Notes: generated from the letters alone by a model not told the origin. A stretch of 64,000 nucleotides of DNA from Gemmatimonadales bacterium (GCA_037189525.1 JBBCJC010000002.1:1184001-1248000); one strand, 5' to 3'. Counted from the first letter of the stretch, positions 39,300 through 49,587 are shown. Program-made: numbers and translations.

Positions 39300-42127
39300 T
39301 GTCGGGGGCGCGGGTGTGGTATCGACCGGCGATGGTATGGGCGTCGTTCGGAACAGCGTCGCTGGGGGCCTCATTCACGGGTGCCTCGTCGCTCGGTACC
39401 ACGCCGCTAGCTGCCCAGCAGGAGAGCCGGGTCGTCGGCCGGGTCGTCGATTCGGCCTCGGCCGCGGGCATTCCCGGAGCGCAGGTTCGGATCGGGGCCG
39501 TTGCCGAGCTTGCAACCACCGACTCGCTTGGCCTGTTCCGATTCGCCACGGCTGGTGCGGGCAGCGTGACGCTCGAGATACGGGCCGTCGGCTATCGCCC
39601 CTTCGTGGGCGCGACGGAGGTGCGGTGGGGTGACACCGTGGTCGTGGCGCTGGTGCGGTTGCCCTATCGGATGAGCGAAATCACCGTGACGGCCGAAGCG
39701 GCGAGTCGGACGCGACGCGGAGAAATCGGAACGGCCAGCGTCGTTGGACGCGACGCGATCGAGCACGTCCAGGCCTCGAGCCTGGCCGATGTCCTCCAGC
39801 TCGTTCCCGGCCAGCTGGCTCAGAATCCGACCGTCGCCTCGGCGCGACAGTCACTGCTCCGCCAGGTCCCGACCGACACCGATGCCGCGCGGGCCAACGC
39901 GCTCGGAACGGCGCTGGTCCTCGACGGCGTGCCGCTGTCGAACAATGCCAATCTGCAGACCGACCTGTCGATCCTGAACTCGGGGCCGGGAGCGTTGCCA
40001 CCGTTCTCGTCGGTGGCGGGTCGCGGCTTCGATCTTCGCAGCGTTCCGGTGGATCAGATCGAGACCCTCGAAGTGATCCGGGGCGTTCCATCCGCTCGCT
40101 ACGGAGAGCTGACGACCGGCGCCTTGCTGGTCACCTCACGCGCCGGCAAGCGCCGTCCCGAGGTCCGGATCCGCGCCAATCCCCAGACCTTCGAGGCCAG
40201 TTTCGTCGCGGGCTGGGGAAGCGCCGTGTCGGGGCGACGCGGCTTCAGCGTGGATGCGGGATGGCTCGCGGCGCTCGACGATCCGCGGCAGGATCGGGCC
40301 CGGTACGGTCGCATCTCGCTGCAAGGTGCCTGGAGCGAACGGTGGGATGCCGAGGGGCGGCTGACTACGACGACGCGCATTGCCGCCTTCAACGACGAGG
40401 ATGAACTCCGGCTCAACCCGCTCGATCCGACCAGTCGCTCTTCACGGCTGGCGCGCGACCGCGGCGTCCGGTTCAACCACAACGGCCGCCTACGAGGCGA
40501 GACCCATCGGCTCGAATGGACCCTGGGCGTCAGTGCGCAGCAACAGATCGGCCGATATCAGGACCTGATCGTCCGAGACATCTTCCCGCTGTCCACGGCG
40601 ACGACCGACACCACCGCCGTCGGGGTCTACGGCATGAGCGAGTATCTCAACGAGACGGAGGTCGACGGCCGGCCGGTCAATCTGTACGCGAGGATCGAGG
40701 CCGGCACTCGCTGGCGCACCGGCGGCTGGTATCACCTTCCCATCGCAGGCTTCGAATGGCGCTGGGATCGGAACTTCGGCGCCGGCCGCCAGTTCGATCC
40801 GATCCGTCCTCCCCGTCAGAACTATTCGGTGGGTGATCGGCCGCGCCGGTTCGACGACGTCCCCGGTTTCGGGATTTTCTCCGCCTACCTCGAAGATCGG
40901 CTGGCGGGCCGGGTGCTGGGCCGAGACGTCGCGCTGCAAGCTGGGCTGCGATTCGACAATGTCCAGCCCGAATCGCCGTGGCGCGGACGCTATGGCTCCG
41001 TGCTGGCTCCGCGGCTCAATGCGCAGGTCGACCTCGGACGCGGCATTGCTGCCCGGGTCGGGTGGGGCTCCACGGCCAAGGCGCCGACACTCGCGCAGCT
41101 CTTTCCGGGACCCAAGTACTTCGATCTGCTCTCCCTCAATTACTTCGCCACCAATCCGGCGGAGCGCATGACGGTCATCACGACCCGGGTAATCGATCCG
41201 GTGACCGATTCGCTCAAACCCTTCACCTCGGACAAAGCGGAGGCCGGCCTGGATTTCCGGCTGGGCCGCGCCACCGTTGCCGTGGTCGGCTTTGTCGAGC
41301 GGGTGCGCAATGCGCTCGGCTACACGCGGGTTCCGGTCGGGCTGGCGTATCCCCGTTTCCGGATTGCGGAAGCACGTCCCGGCCAGCAGCCGTTGCTCGA
41401 TCCGATCCCGATTGCCGTCGACACCTTCGTCGCGGCGTACGATGTCGCGCGCCCGACCCGCAGGATCGACAACAGCGGGGTCGAGCTGGTCGTCGATCTC
41501 CCGGAATGGACGGCGCTCAGAACCTCGCTGCAGCTGGGGGGGGCGTGGACCAAAACGGTTGCGATCGAGGATGCCGTAACCATCGATACCGACGCCCTGT
41601 TTCGTGGGTCGGTCTCACCGACTCGGCTGGGCATGTATGCCTCGGGTCGAGGCACCGATGCGCGGCAATTGGTGACGTCGCTGCGTCTGGTACACCGGCT
41701 TCCCGAAGCCGGCCTGGTGGTTTCGATGCTGGCCCAGACGCTCTGGCTCGACGACGACCGCCCGCTGGGGTACAGCGAGTTTCCCGTTGCCATCGTCGAT
41801 CGCGCCGGGCGGATATCGCCGCTCACGCTGGAAGAGGCGCAGTCGGAAGCGTACGCGGATCTCCGGCGCCCGGTTGGTGAGAACGCGCTCAACTGGGAAC
41901 ACCGGCCGCCGCTCTGGCTGCTCAATCTGCGGTTGACCAAGACGCTCCCCGCCGGTCTCTCGTTCTCGTTCTTTGCCAACAACATCCTGGCCGATCGGCC
42001 GCTCTATCCGTCGAACCGATCCGCGCCGGGTCAAGTCGTCTATCAACGTCGCAACGCGCCTCTGTTTTTCGGAGTCGAGGTTCTCTCGACCTTCAGGGCA
42101 GGGTCGCGTGCGCCACTTTCGGAGTAG
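39299..42127 (+). CDS. TonB-dependent receptor with N-terminal carboxypeptidase-regulatory-like domain
   Basis: LAA-QQ signal end; GRVVD..GIPGAQV; plug AIEHVQASSLADVLQLVPG, DLR.VP.DQIE.LEVIRGVPSARYG. Start is GTG 39299 (coupled to the rpmG stop) or ATG 39332. Confidence 0.85.
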   Translation: MSGARVWYRPAMVWASFGTASLGASFTGASSLGTTPLAAQQESRVVGRVVDSASAAGIPGAQVRIGAVAELATTDSLGLFRFATAGAGSVTLEIRAVGYRPFVGATEVRWGDTVVVALVRLPYRMSEITVTAEAASRTRRGEIGTASVVGRDAIEHVQASSLADVLQLVPGQLAQNPTVASARQSLLRQVPTDTDAARANALGTALVLDGVPLSNNANLQTDLSILNSGPGALPPFSSVAGRGFDLRSVPVDQIETLEVIRGVPSARYGELTTGALLVTSRAGKRRPEVRIRANPQTFEASFVAGWGSAVSGRRGFSVDAGWLAALDDPRQDRARYGRISLQGAWSERWDAEGRLTTTTRIAAFNDEDELRLNPLDPTSRSSRLARDRGVRFNHNGRLRGETHRLEWTLGVSAQQQIGRYQDLIVRDIFPLSTATTDTTAVGVYGMSEYLNETEVDGRPVNLYARIEAGTRWRTGGWYHLPIAGFEWRWDRNFGAGRQFDPIRPPRQNYSVGDRPRRFDDVPGFGIFSAYLEDRLAGRVLGRDVALQAGLRFDNVQPESPWRGRYGSVLAPRLNAQVDLGRGIAARVGWGSTAKAPTLAQLFPGPKYFDLLSLNYFATNPAERMTVITTRVIDPVTDSLKPFTSDKAEAGLDFRLGRATVAVVGFVERVRNALGYTRVPVGLAYPRFRIAEARPGQQPLLDPIPIAVDTFVAAYDVARPTRRIDNSGVELVVDLPEWTALRTSLQLGGAWTKTVAIEDAVTIDTDALFRGSVSPTRLGMYASGRGTDARQLVTSLRLVHRLPEAGLVVSMLAQTLWLDDDRPLGYSEFPVAIVDRAGRISPLTLEEAQSEAYADLRRPVGENALNWEHRPPLWLLNLRLTKTLPAGLSFSFFANNILADRPLYPSNRSAPGQVVYQRRNAPLFFGVEVLSTFRAGSRAPLSE

Positions 42128-42131
42128 AACC

Positions 42132-43337
42132 ATGTCGAAACGGTATGCTGTTGCAGCAACCGCGCTTGCTGCGATGCTCGCGCTCGGTGCCTGCAGCGAA
42201 GACGAGGGACCCGAAGTCGAGACCTTCAGCGTGCAGGTGCGGGTCGAATATCCCTCGACCTATGCCACGACGGCGGCGGGCGGCGCCACCGTGCGCCTCC
42301 GGAGCGTCGAACGGAACACGACGGATTCGGCAACGGCCGATGCAACCGGCACCGTCACGTTTCAGCAAATCGTACCCGGGTCCTACGAAGTGAGCGCGAG
42401 TCGCGCGCTGACCGAGGCGGAGTCGGCCACGCTGACGGGGCAGGCCATTGCCGTCAACCTGAACGGTGCCGTCGCCGCGCAATCGTTACTCGGCGCGCCG
42501 GCAACCCCGATCCTGGTGACGCTGGCTGGGTCGCGGGTTGGAGACCTCGTGCTCAAAGAGGTCTACTACACCGGAAGCCCGACGCCGTCCGGTGGCACCT
42601 ACTTCTCGGATCAGTTCTTCGAGATCTACAACAACTCGACCGACACGATCTACGTCGATTCGCTCTACATCGGCGATGCCTACGGCAACTCGGGGCAGAT
42701 CAACCCCTCGAGTCTGCCCACGCCGTTCCAGGCCGATCAGCAGCACGTCTACCTGAGCAGCGTCTGGATGATTCCCGGAAATGGCCGCGATCATCCGCTC
42801 GCGCCGGGCAAGAGCATCATCATCGCGCAGGATGGGATCAACCACCGGACCGATCCGCTGGGCAACCCCGATTCGCCGGTCGACCTCTCCAATGCGGATT
42901 GGGAGACCTACAACGAGCGTCCCGACAATCGTGATACCGATTCGCCCGGCGTTCCGAATCTGGAGCGGCGCTATTTCACCGGCGGATTCGATTGGCTGGT
43001 CCCCGTGTTCGGGCCGGGTATCGTGATCTTCCGGACCGCGAACTTCGATGCGCTCGAACGGACCCCGATTCCCGGGTCCGCGCTCGACCCGCGTATCAAG
43101 GTTCCGGTCGGCCAGGTCATCGATGCGTTCGAAGCGCTGCAGAATCCCAACAGCGCGTCGTACAAGCGCATCCCGGTTTCGCTCGATGCCGGATTCGTGT
43201 CAGCCGGTACCTACACCGGTGAGAGTGCGCGCCGGAAGGTGGCGAATACGATCGCGGGCCGGCGTGTCTATCACGATCGAAACAACACCGGCCTCGATTT
43301 CGAGATCATCGCGACTCCGACGCCGCGCGGACCTTGA
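42132..43337 (+). CDS. DUF4876-like surface lipoprotein
   Basis: Lipobox LGAC; LVLKEVYYTGS, DQFFEIYNNS, DLSNADWE, IDAFE, D.NNT..DF. Confidence 0.72.
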   Translation: MSKRYAVAATALAAMLALGACSEDEGPEVETFSVQVRVEYPSTYATTAAGGATVRLRSVERNTTDSATADATGTVTFQQIVPGSYEVSASRALTEAESATLTGQAIAVNLNGAVAAQSLLGAPATPILVTLAGSRVGDLVLKEVYYTGSPTPSGGTYFSDQFFEIYNNSTDTIYVDSLYIGDAYGNSGQINPSSLPTPFQADQQHVYLSSVWMIPGNGRDHPLAPGKSIIIAQDGINHRTDPLGNPDSPVDLSNADWETYNERPDNRDTDSPGVPNLERRYFTGGFDWLVPVFGPGIVIFRTANFDALERTPIPGSALDPRIKVPVGQVIDAFEALQNPNSASYKRIPVSLDAGFVSAGTYTGESARRKVANTIAGRRVYHDRNNTGLDFEIIATPTPRGP

Positions 43338-44809
43338 ACGCGCGATGCGGGATGACGGTCGTGTGCCTGCTGTTGCCCGGGGTTGCCTGGGCGCAGCAGG
43401 GCCGGCCGGAGGCGCGGGCATCGGCTGCTGCGCTTGCTCCGGATCTGGTGGTGTGGCGGGATACCACCGACGGCCTGCTGCGCGACGGCGTCAATCCGGC
43501 AGCGGCCTGGCGCCTGGGCTCGGTCGATCCGGTCGTCGTCGTCGGGCTTCGGCGGACTCAGGGCGGATGGCGCCGTCCCCAGGAAGCGGAGCGCCCGTTG
43601 GGAGCCGCGGCCGTTGCCGATGGCGGCCGTCCCATCGGACGCTGGTGGCTGGGCGGGCATTTCGGCTATCTGCGCGCCGAAGATCGTGGGGTACGCTGGA
43701 GCTCGGTGGCAGATCCGTATGCGGGGTCACCCTATGTCTGGGCCGATTCGATCGGGGGAGACTGGCGGCGGGATCATATCTCGACCGCCGCTACGCTCAG
43801 TTCACCACGCTGGCGTGCCTGGCGAAGCGGCCTGTCGGTGCGGTATGCCATCGGGCAGGGCTCACGAGACAACGACCCGCGTCCGCTCTACCGGATCAGG
43901 CGGATCGGTGTAACACCCGGCGTGACGGCCGATCTGGGAAAGCTTCGCATCGGTGCCACCGCCACACTGGCCTTCGAGCGCGAAGAGGGCGAGATCGGCG
44001 ACTACTCGCAGACCGATCCATTCGTCTTCCGGTTGCGAGGCATGACCACCTTCGATCGCACCGGCCTGCGTACCGCCGATCGGACCCGCGCGGGGCGGAC
44101 GGTTGCGGCGGGGGTGCAGCTGGCGGGACCGGGGGCCGGCTGGAGCGTCGCGCTCGATCATGGGGCCGATCGGGACAGCACTTTCGACGGTGTAGGCTCG
44201 CCGGCCGATGCCGGGCGTTTCCGGCGGACCTGGAGCCGGGGTGCGGCGCGAGCGCGGTTTGGCAGGATCGAAGGGGCGGTGTTCGGACGGACCGGCCGAG
44301 GGCGAGGCACTGATCCGGTCTTCAAAGCCGTGAACGTGGTCATGCAGGACGACACCGTAGGCCTCACGCTCCGGACCTGGCGCGGTGCCGGGCCGCACGT
44401 CGCTCCTCTGACCCTCGCGGCAGCGGCCGAGTGGAGCAAGTCGCTTCGGCGGGACGTGGCGGCAGGCGCCAGTTGGCGCGCCAGCGACCTCGACATGTCC
44501 CTCGGAGCGGCGCTCCGTCCTGGTCTGGCGCGCGGGCGCTGGCTCGTCGTAGGGCGCGCCGGATTGCTGCGCTCGTTGGACGCGGAGTATGTCGCCGGCC
44601 GCGCATCGGTCATGACATCGATTCTGGGCGAAGCGGACTATCGTCGCGCGGCGGCCGACGGATTTCACTGGCTCGTCGGCACCGGTTTCCAGATCGACAC
44701 CGGCCGCGCCGGCGATCTGATGCTGATGGTGGCCTATGCACGACGCGAGGCATCCGGTGGTGCCATGATGCGACGTGATGATTTGACCCTGACGATGGTA
44801 TTGCAATGA
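43334..44809 (+). CDS. DUF6850-like outer-membrane beta-barrel protein
   Basis: Signal peptide, NPA, PYVWADSIGGD, RDNDPRP; position after TBDR and DUF4876. Confidence 0.62.
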   Translation: MNARCGMTVVCLLLPGVAWAQQGRPEARASAAALAPDLVVWRDTTDGLLRDGVNPAAAWRLGSVDPVVVVGLRRTQGGWRRPQEAERPLGAAAVADGGRPIGRWWLGGHFGYLRAEDRGVRWSSVADPYAGSPYVWADSIGGDWRRDHISTAATLSSPRWRAWRSGLSVRYAIGQGSRDNDPRPLYRIRRIGVTPGVTADLGKLRIGATATLAFEREEGEIGDYSQTDPFVFRLRGMTTFDRTGLRTADRTRAGRTVAAGVQLAGPGAGWSVALDHGADRDSTFDGVGSPADAGRFRRTWSRGAARARFGRIEGAVFGRTGRGRGTDPVFKAVNVVMQDDTVGLTLRTWRGAGPHVAPLTLAAAAEWSKSLRRDVAAGASWRASDLDMSLGAALRPGLARGRWLVVGRAGLLRSLDAEYVAGRASVMTSILGEADYRRAAADGFHWLVGTGFQIDTGRAGDLMLMVAYARREASGGAMMRRDDLTLTMVLQ

Positions 44810-45630
44810 TCCGTATCCTGACGCTGATCCTCCTTGGTGCCGCCACCCCGCTGGTTGCTGAGCCGTGCTTCGATCTGGGTCGGCTGCCGCGCCAGGACCG
44901 GGCCTACGCCGACTCGCTGCTCCAGGAACTGGCCGACGGCGCCGGGCTCTATACCTTCGTCGGCGGGCTCAAGCCGATTTCCAGCGAACGGACCGCCTCG
45001 CTGGTCGTGTCACCGCAGGTCGACACCGTCCAACTGGCCGTGGTCGAGCGCTGGCGCCGGTTGCTTCCCGCCTTGCAGTGCGGAAAAGTGGGTGTGCTGG
45101 TGCAGCGGTATGCGATGGTGTATTCCGGACGGGATTCGGTCGAGCGGCGCGTCGCAGCCTCGCTGGTACTCTTCCATCGTGAAGGCGTGCGTCGCGCCAT
45201 TGCCAGCCACGCAGATTTCTTTGCCCGGCTCGGTCTCACCCCGTCGGCCGACCCCGATGAGGTGCTGGCCGTGATCGAGCATACCGACCGCGCCGACCGA
45301 TGGCGCGGGTACGGCTACCTCTTCGGGTATCCGGATCCTGCGGTCGACTTCTTCGTCGAAGCGGGAATCCGCGGCGATTCGCTGAAGACGGTCATCCCGC
45401 GCGACTTCCGGCGAGTCGAGACCTATCACAAATGGCCGGCCGAACGGGGAGGCCCGCCGACGCAGGCGACCTTCGTGTACGCCGTGCCCAAGGATGCACA
45501 GGAGACACCCGAAGACATCGCGCTCCGCGATCGGGCGGCGCCCATCTACGCCGAATATCTCCGGCGGCGTCCGAGCCGCCCCGGCGAGTTCGCGAAAACG
45601 ATGGGACGCTGGGTTCGCCAGCTTCGCTGA
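44806..45630 (+). CDS. Secreted hypothetical protein, last gene of the TBDR operon
   Basis: Signal peptide; LYT..GGLKPIS, RWRGYGYLFGYP..AVDFFV; overlaps the previous stop. Confidence 0.7.
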   Translation: MIRILTLILLGAATPLVAEPCFDLGRLPRQDRAYADSLLQELADGAGLYTFVGGLKPISSERTASLVVSPQVDTVQLAVVERWRRLLPALQCGKVGVLVQRYAMVYSGRDSVERRVAASLVLFHREGVRRAIASHADFFARLGLTPSADPDEVLAVIEHTDRADRWRGYGYLFGYPDPAVDFFVEAGIRGDSLKTVIPRDFRRVETYHKWPAERGGPPTQATFVYAVPKDAQETPEDIALRDRAAPIYAEYLRRRPSRPGEFAKTMGRWVRQLR

Positions 45631-45644
45631 ATAGGCAGGAACGA

Positions 45645-45690
45645 GTCGGCCGGCCAGACCCATCGAGGCATCTGGCCGGCCGGCCCATTT
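45645..45690. terminator. Terminator between convergent genes
   Basis: GTCGGCCGGCCAGA/TCTGGCCGGCCGGC stem. Confidence 0.6.
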
Positions 45691-45697
45691 CAGGGGA

Positions 45698-48460
45698 CTA
45701 TCGGTTTGCGGGCGCGCTCGGCACTGGCGCGCCCACCCGTTTCTTCTCGGCGTCGAGCCGCTCGAGCGCGATCCCTTTCGTGATCCAGTCGGGAGCCGGT
45801 TCGCCTTTCAGGTAGTGCCCGAACCATTCCAGGATCCGGCGGTGGTAGTCGATCTGGTTCGGCTTCTTCCGGAATCCATGATCTTCATCTTCATACACCA
45901 GCAGCACCATCTGGCGATCTGCTCGGCGCGCAAAGTTGAAGAACTCGGTCGCCTGGAAGAACTCGACCACACCGTCCTTGTTGCCGTGCGCCATCAGCAG
46001 CGGCGTCTTCATCTCGTGGACCTTGTGTACCGGCGAGTTGCGATGATGCGCCTCGGGGTCTTCCCAATACGGCACCTCCATGCGCGCCTGGCCCGTTTCC
46101 CAGTGGTCGACCTCGGCACTACCGGTATTCCAATGGATCTGGCCCATGAAGCTCACGAAATCGGTGAGCGGCGCGCCGGCAATCGATGCGGCAAAAAGGT
46201 CGGTCCTGGTCGGTACGAAGGTCGCGATATAGCCGCCGTGGGAGTGGCCGATCAGGCCGACGCGCTTCGGGTCGATCAGCCCTTTGGCGACAACCGCGGC
46301 GACGGCGGGCCGCACGGTCTCGAGCGCGGCGACCCCGGGATCCCGGGCGCGGAAGTGGATATCGGGCATCAGCACGAAATATCCCTGCTGGGTCCACGCC
46401 GTATAGTTGTAATAGCTCCGCTCGCTCGGCGCCTGGAAGAAATGCACCTGATCCGACAACATCTCATAGGTGTACACGATCATCGGGTATCGCTTCGACG
46501 GATCGTATCCGGCGGGGTAGAGCAGGACGCCTTGCAGCGGCCGCCCGGTCTCGTTGGTAAAGTTGATCAACTCGCTCCGAGTCCAGGCGTAGTCTCCCAG
46601 AAACGGGTTGGTGTTGCTGATGGGCTTGCCCTGAGCCAGGGACGGGCCAGCCGCGATGTAGTTGGGTGATTCCGCCCGGGCTTCCCGGCGATAGAAAAAG
46701 CGATCGGCACTGTCGGCCCGCATCAGGCCGGCCAGGAAGCGATCCTCGAAGACCAGCCGTTCGATGGGCCGGTTGCGCGCGAGCACCGCGTAGCCGCGCT
46801 TTTCGGACCACTCGCCGCGCAGCGAGAGGAAGATCGGCTTGGCCGGGTCGAACGCCTGCTGGTCCGGAGAGGTGCGCACCAGGCGATGGATCACGCTGTC
46901 CCGAGCCCCGTCCGTCACCCGCTCGACCCGACCGCCGTCGGGGTTGGCGCGCCAGACGTCGAATTCGTCGTAGAGAAATACGGCGGCGTCACCCGTGGTC
47001 CAACCACCGACGCCGCGAGGGCGCGGCAGATCGGTCGGGGTATCGTCGTCGGTGTTTGCGAAGGCAGCGGAGACACCGGCCGTGAGATTGCGGCGAGCGC
47101 CGGTGACGAGATTATGAGTCCAATAGTCCTTCCCGTCGAACCACAACAGGTAGCGACCATCGGGACTCAACCATTCGTGCCGGACCTTTTCCAGGACGCG
47201 GGTGCGTTGTCCGGAGGCCAGATCGACCGACCAGACGTCATGGTAGGGCCGACCGAACTTGGTGCCCCACGGATAGGGCGACCGGACCCGTTCGATGCCA
47301 TGCCGCCAGCCGGTGGCGGTGAGCGCCTCCTCCATCAGGTCGGAGCCGACCCAGGTCAGGCGCTTCGCATCCGGCGCCCAGACGGCGAGCAGGGTGCGGC
47401 GCGCGGTGGCCTGTCGCTGCGCTTGCTGCATCGGAATGATTCGAACGTCGTTGGTGTGCCAGATCTGCACTCCCGGCAACTCGGCTGGCTTACTCGCTTG
47501 TGCGCTACGAGCGGAGTCGGGTTTCGCTGGCGTGGTGTCGGGCTCGACCGGCCGGAAGCCCAGACCGATTCGGGACCCGTCTTCCGACCAGGACGGCTTG
47601 CGATGCTCGACGATCTGGAGCGAGTCCGGCACGCCGAGGGCCTTGGGGTCGAGTTGCAGCCGAACCGGAGCTGGACGATCGACACCACGCCAGGCAAGCA
47701 GGGTGTACCCGTTGCCTGGTTTCGAAGCCGGACCGTTCGATCGGTAGACGGCCAGGTCGGCGCCCTTCTCACGCCAGGCGAGCTGGCGGTAGACGGACGA
47801 TGACGCGTCCAGGCCGGTCGTCCGGCCCGTTGCCGCATCCAGTACCTGCGCACCGTTGCCGCCATCCGTCCCGGTGGCAATCGTCACGGCAATCAGCGAT
47901 CCCACCCCGCTCCAGGCAAACTCGGCGACATTGCCGAGTGCCACTTCGGTGCCCGCGGCAAGGTCGAGGAGCCGGAGGTCGGCGCCCTTGCCCTTCGGCT
48001 CGTCTGGTGCGTAGCCGTGGAGGGCGAGGTATCGGCCGGTCGCATCGAATGTCGCGGCCGAGATCAACGGGAAGGTGCGCTCGACACCGGTTCGCAGATC
48101 GAGCAGGGTGGCGCCCGTCCGGATCGGCTTCTTCTCCCGGGTCAGCTTCTCACTTTCGTCGGGGGAGATGCCCACCGTCCACACCAGCCAGCGGCTCGAC
48201 GCGGCAAAGCGGGGATTGCTTCCCCACGCGGCGGTCCGGGTCGTATCGCGCTCGAGATCGGCGATGCGGAGCTCGCTGCGTTCATCCACGCGCGAGACCA
48301 GGTAGGCAAACCATCGTCCGTCGGGCGAAGGACGCCCGGCGCCGAGGGATTCGAACTTACCGTAGTCGGCCGGGGTCACCCCGGGCTTCGATTGGCCGGT
48401 GGCCAATCCCGAAGGAATGCAGAGGACGGTCGCCAACAGGAGGCTTGAGGAAAGCTTCAT
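45698..48460 (-). CDS. Secreted S9 (prolyl oligopeptidase family) peptidase
   Basis: Signal peptide, beta-propeller (SPDG repeats), nucleophile GHSHGG, D in KDGVV, H in EDHGF. Confidence 0.9.
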   Translation of the reverse strand: MKLSSSLLLATVLCIPSGLATGQSKPGVTPADYGKFESLGAGRPSPDGRWFAYLVSRVDERSELRIADLERDTTRTAAWGSNPRFAASSRWLVWTVGISPDESEKLTREKKPIRTGATLLDLRTGVERTFPLISAATFDATGRYLALHGYAPDEPKGKGADLRLLDLAAGTEVALGNVAEFAWSGVGSLIAVTIATGTDGGNGAQVLDAATGRTTGLDASSSVYRQLAWREKGADLAVYRSNGPASKPGNGYTLLAWRGVDRPAPVRLQLDPKALGVPDSLQIVEHRKPSWSEDGSRIGLGFRPVEPDTTPAKPDSARSAQASKPAELPGVQIWHTNDVRIIPMQQAQRQATARRTLLAVWAPDAKRLTWVGSDLMEEALTATGWRHGIERVRSPYPWGTKFGRPYHDVWSVDLASGQRTRVLEKVRHEWLSPDGRYLLWFDGKDYWTHNLVTGARRNLTAGVSAAFANTDDDTPTDLPRPRGVGGWTTGDAAVFLYDEFDVWRANPDGGRVERVTDGARDSVIHRLVRTSPDQQAFDPAKPIFLSLRGEWSEKRGYAVLARNRPIERLVFEDRFLAGLMRADSADRFFYRREARAESPNYIAAGPSLAQGKPISNTNPFLGDYAWTRSELINFTNETGRPLQGVLLYPAGYDPSKRYPMIVYTYEMLSDQVHFFQAPSERSYYNYTAWTQQGYFVLMPDIHFRARDPGVAALETVRPAVAAVVAKGLIDPKRVGLIGHSHGGYIATFVPTRTDLFAASIAGAPLTDFVSFMGQIHWNTGSAEVDHWETGQARMEVPYWEDPEAHHRNSPVHKVHEMKTPLLMAHGNKDGVVEFFQATEFFNFARRADRQMVLLVYEDEDHGFRKKPNQIDYHRRILEWFGHYLKGEPAPDWITKGIALERLDAEKKRVGAPVPSAPANR

Positions 48461-48503
48461 GCTCGATTCCGGGATAGGGGCAATTGCGCGATCGACGAGT
48501 TAA

Positions 48504-48525
48504 TGATAACATACTCTCGTTATCG
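48504..48525. promoter_or_regulatory. GATAAY-N8-RTTATC operator copy
   Basis: TGATAAC-atactctc-GTTATCG between the divergent S9 peptidase and Fur-family genes. Confidence 0.75.
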
Positions 48526-48554
48526 CGATCACAGATGACTCTCTGATGGAGGGC

Positions 48555-48962
48555 ATGATAGCGCCATCCCTTCCTTCATGCGCCGATCGCCGCCCCACCC
48601 GTCAGCGGACGGTCGTCCGGGCGGTGTTCGAGGAGATTCGCCGGCCGCTCTCGGTCTTCGAAGTCCTGGAGTTCGGGCGCCGGGTGGTCCCTCGGCTCGG
48701 GATTGCCACCGTGTACCGGCATGTGCGCGAACTGGTGGGTGAGGGACAGCTGATTCCGGTCTGGCTCCCGGGAGGGGTTGTCCGATATGAGCTGGCCGGG
48801 CTGGCCCGGCATCACCACTTCCAGTGCGTGCAGTGCCACCGGGTTTTCGACCTCCACGGCGCGATTCTGGGGGTGGAACAGCTGCTGCCGAGACAGTTCC
48901 GGCTGGAGCGTCAGGAGCTGATCCTGCATGGTCACTGCGCCGATTGCGTCCCGCAGGATTAA
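48555..48962 (+). CDS. Fur-family metalloregulator (copy 1)
   Basis: TRQR, LGIATVYR, HHHFQCVQC, C-terminal CADC. Confidence 0.88.
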   Translation: MIAPSLPSCADRRPTRQRTVVRAVFEEIRRPLSVFEVLEFGRRVVPRLGIATVYRHVRELVGEGQLIPVWLPGGVVRYELAGLARHHHFQCVQCHRVFDLHGAILGVEQLLPRQFRLERQELILHGHCADCVPQD

Positions 48963-49029
48963 CCCGCGAGTGGACCAGGTGCGGAGCCGTTTCGACCGGG
49001 CTATCTTGTGAGGGTCCTGAACCCGGTGA

Positions 49030-49413
49030 GTGGTTGTGACGCGGAATACCAGGCAGCGCGCGGCGATTCGGGCGGCTTTCGAAGAGAATCGTCGTCCTTT
49101 GAGCCCCGCCGAGGTGCTCGAATCTGCCAGCGGCGAGGTGGCGGGCTTGGGTATCGCCACGGTGTATCGGGGCATCAAGGCGCTGGTCGAAGAGGGCTGG
49201 CTGGTGCCGGTCGAACTGCCGGGAGAGCCCGATCGATACGAGCCGGCCGGGCTCGGCCATCACCACCATTTTCGCTGTCGCTCCTGTCGCCGAGTCTTCG
49301 ATCTGGAGGGCTGCGTCAAAGGCCTCCGGGATCTGGTACCCCGAAAGTTCCGTCTTGAAGGGCACGATCTCGTGCTGCTCGGCCAATGCGACACCTGCGC
49401 TCGGGCGGCTTGA
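49030..49413 (+). CDS. Fur-family metalloregulator (copy 2)
   Basis: NTRQR, LGIATVYR, HHHHFRCRSC, EGC, C-terminal CDTC. Confidence 0.9.
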   Translation: MVVTRNTRQRAAIRAAFEENRRPLSPAEVLESASGEVAGLGIATVYRGIKALVEEGWLVPVELPGEPDRYEPAGLGHHHHFRCRSCRRVFDLEGCVKGLRDLVPRKFRLEGHDLVLLGQCDTCARAA

Positions 49414-49520
49414 GCTAAGCCTCGAGACCTTCGCGGGCTCCGGATGTCCGCTCCGACTCCGCTGCTGAATCGCCCCGTCTAAAACGCCCCATTTCTGCGG
49501 GAAATACCGGTTCTCATTAC

Positions 49521-49552
49521 AATATAGATAATGAAATTGCATTATCTATATT
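49521..49552. promoter_or_regulatory. GATAAY-N8-RTTATC operator copy within a 13-bp-arm palindrome
   Basis: AATATAGATAATG-aaattg-CATTATCTATATT. Confidence 0.8.
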
Positions 49553-49587
49553 CTGATAGGTGTTCCGCGTGGATTGGGGAGGGCGTG

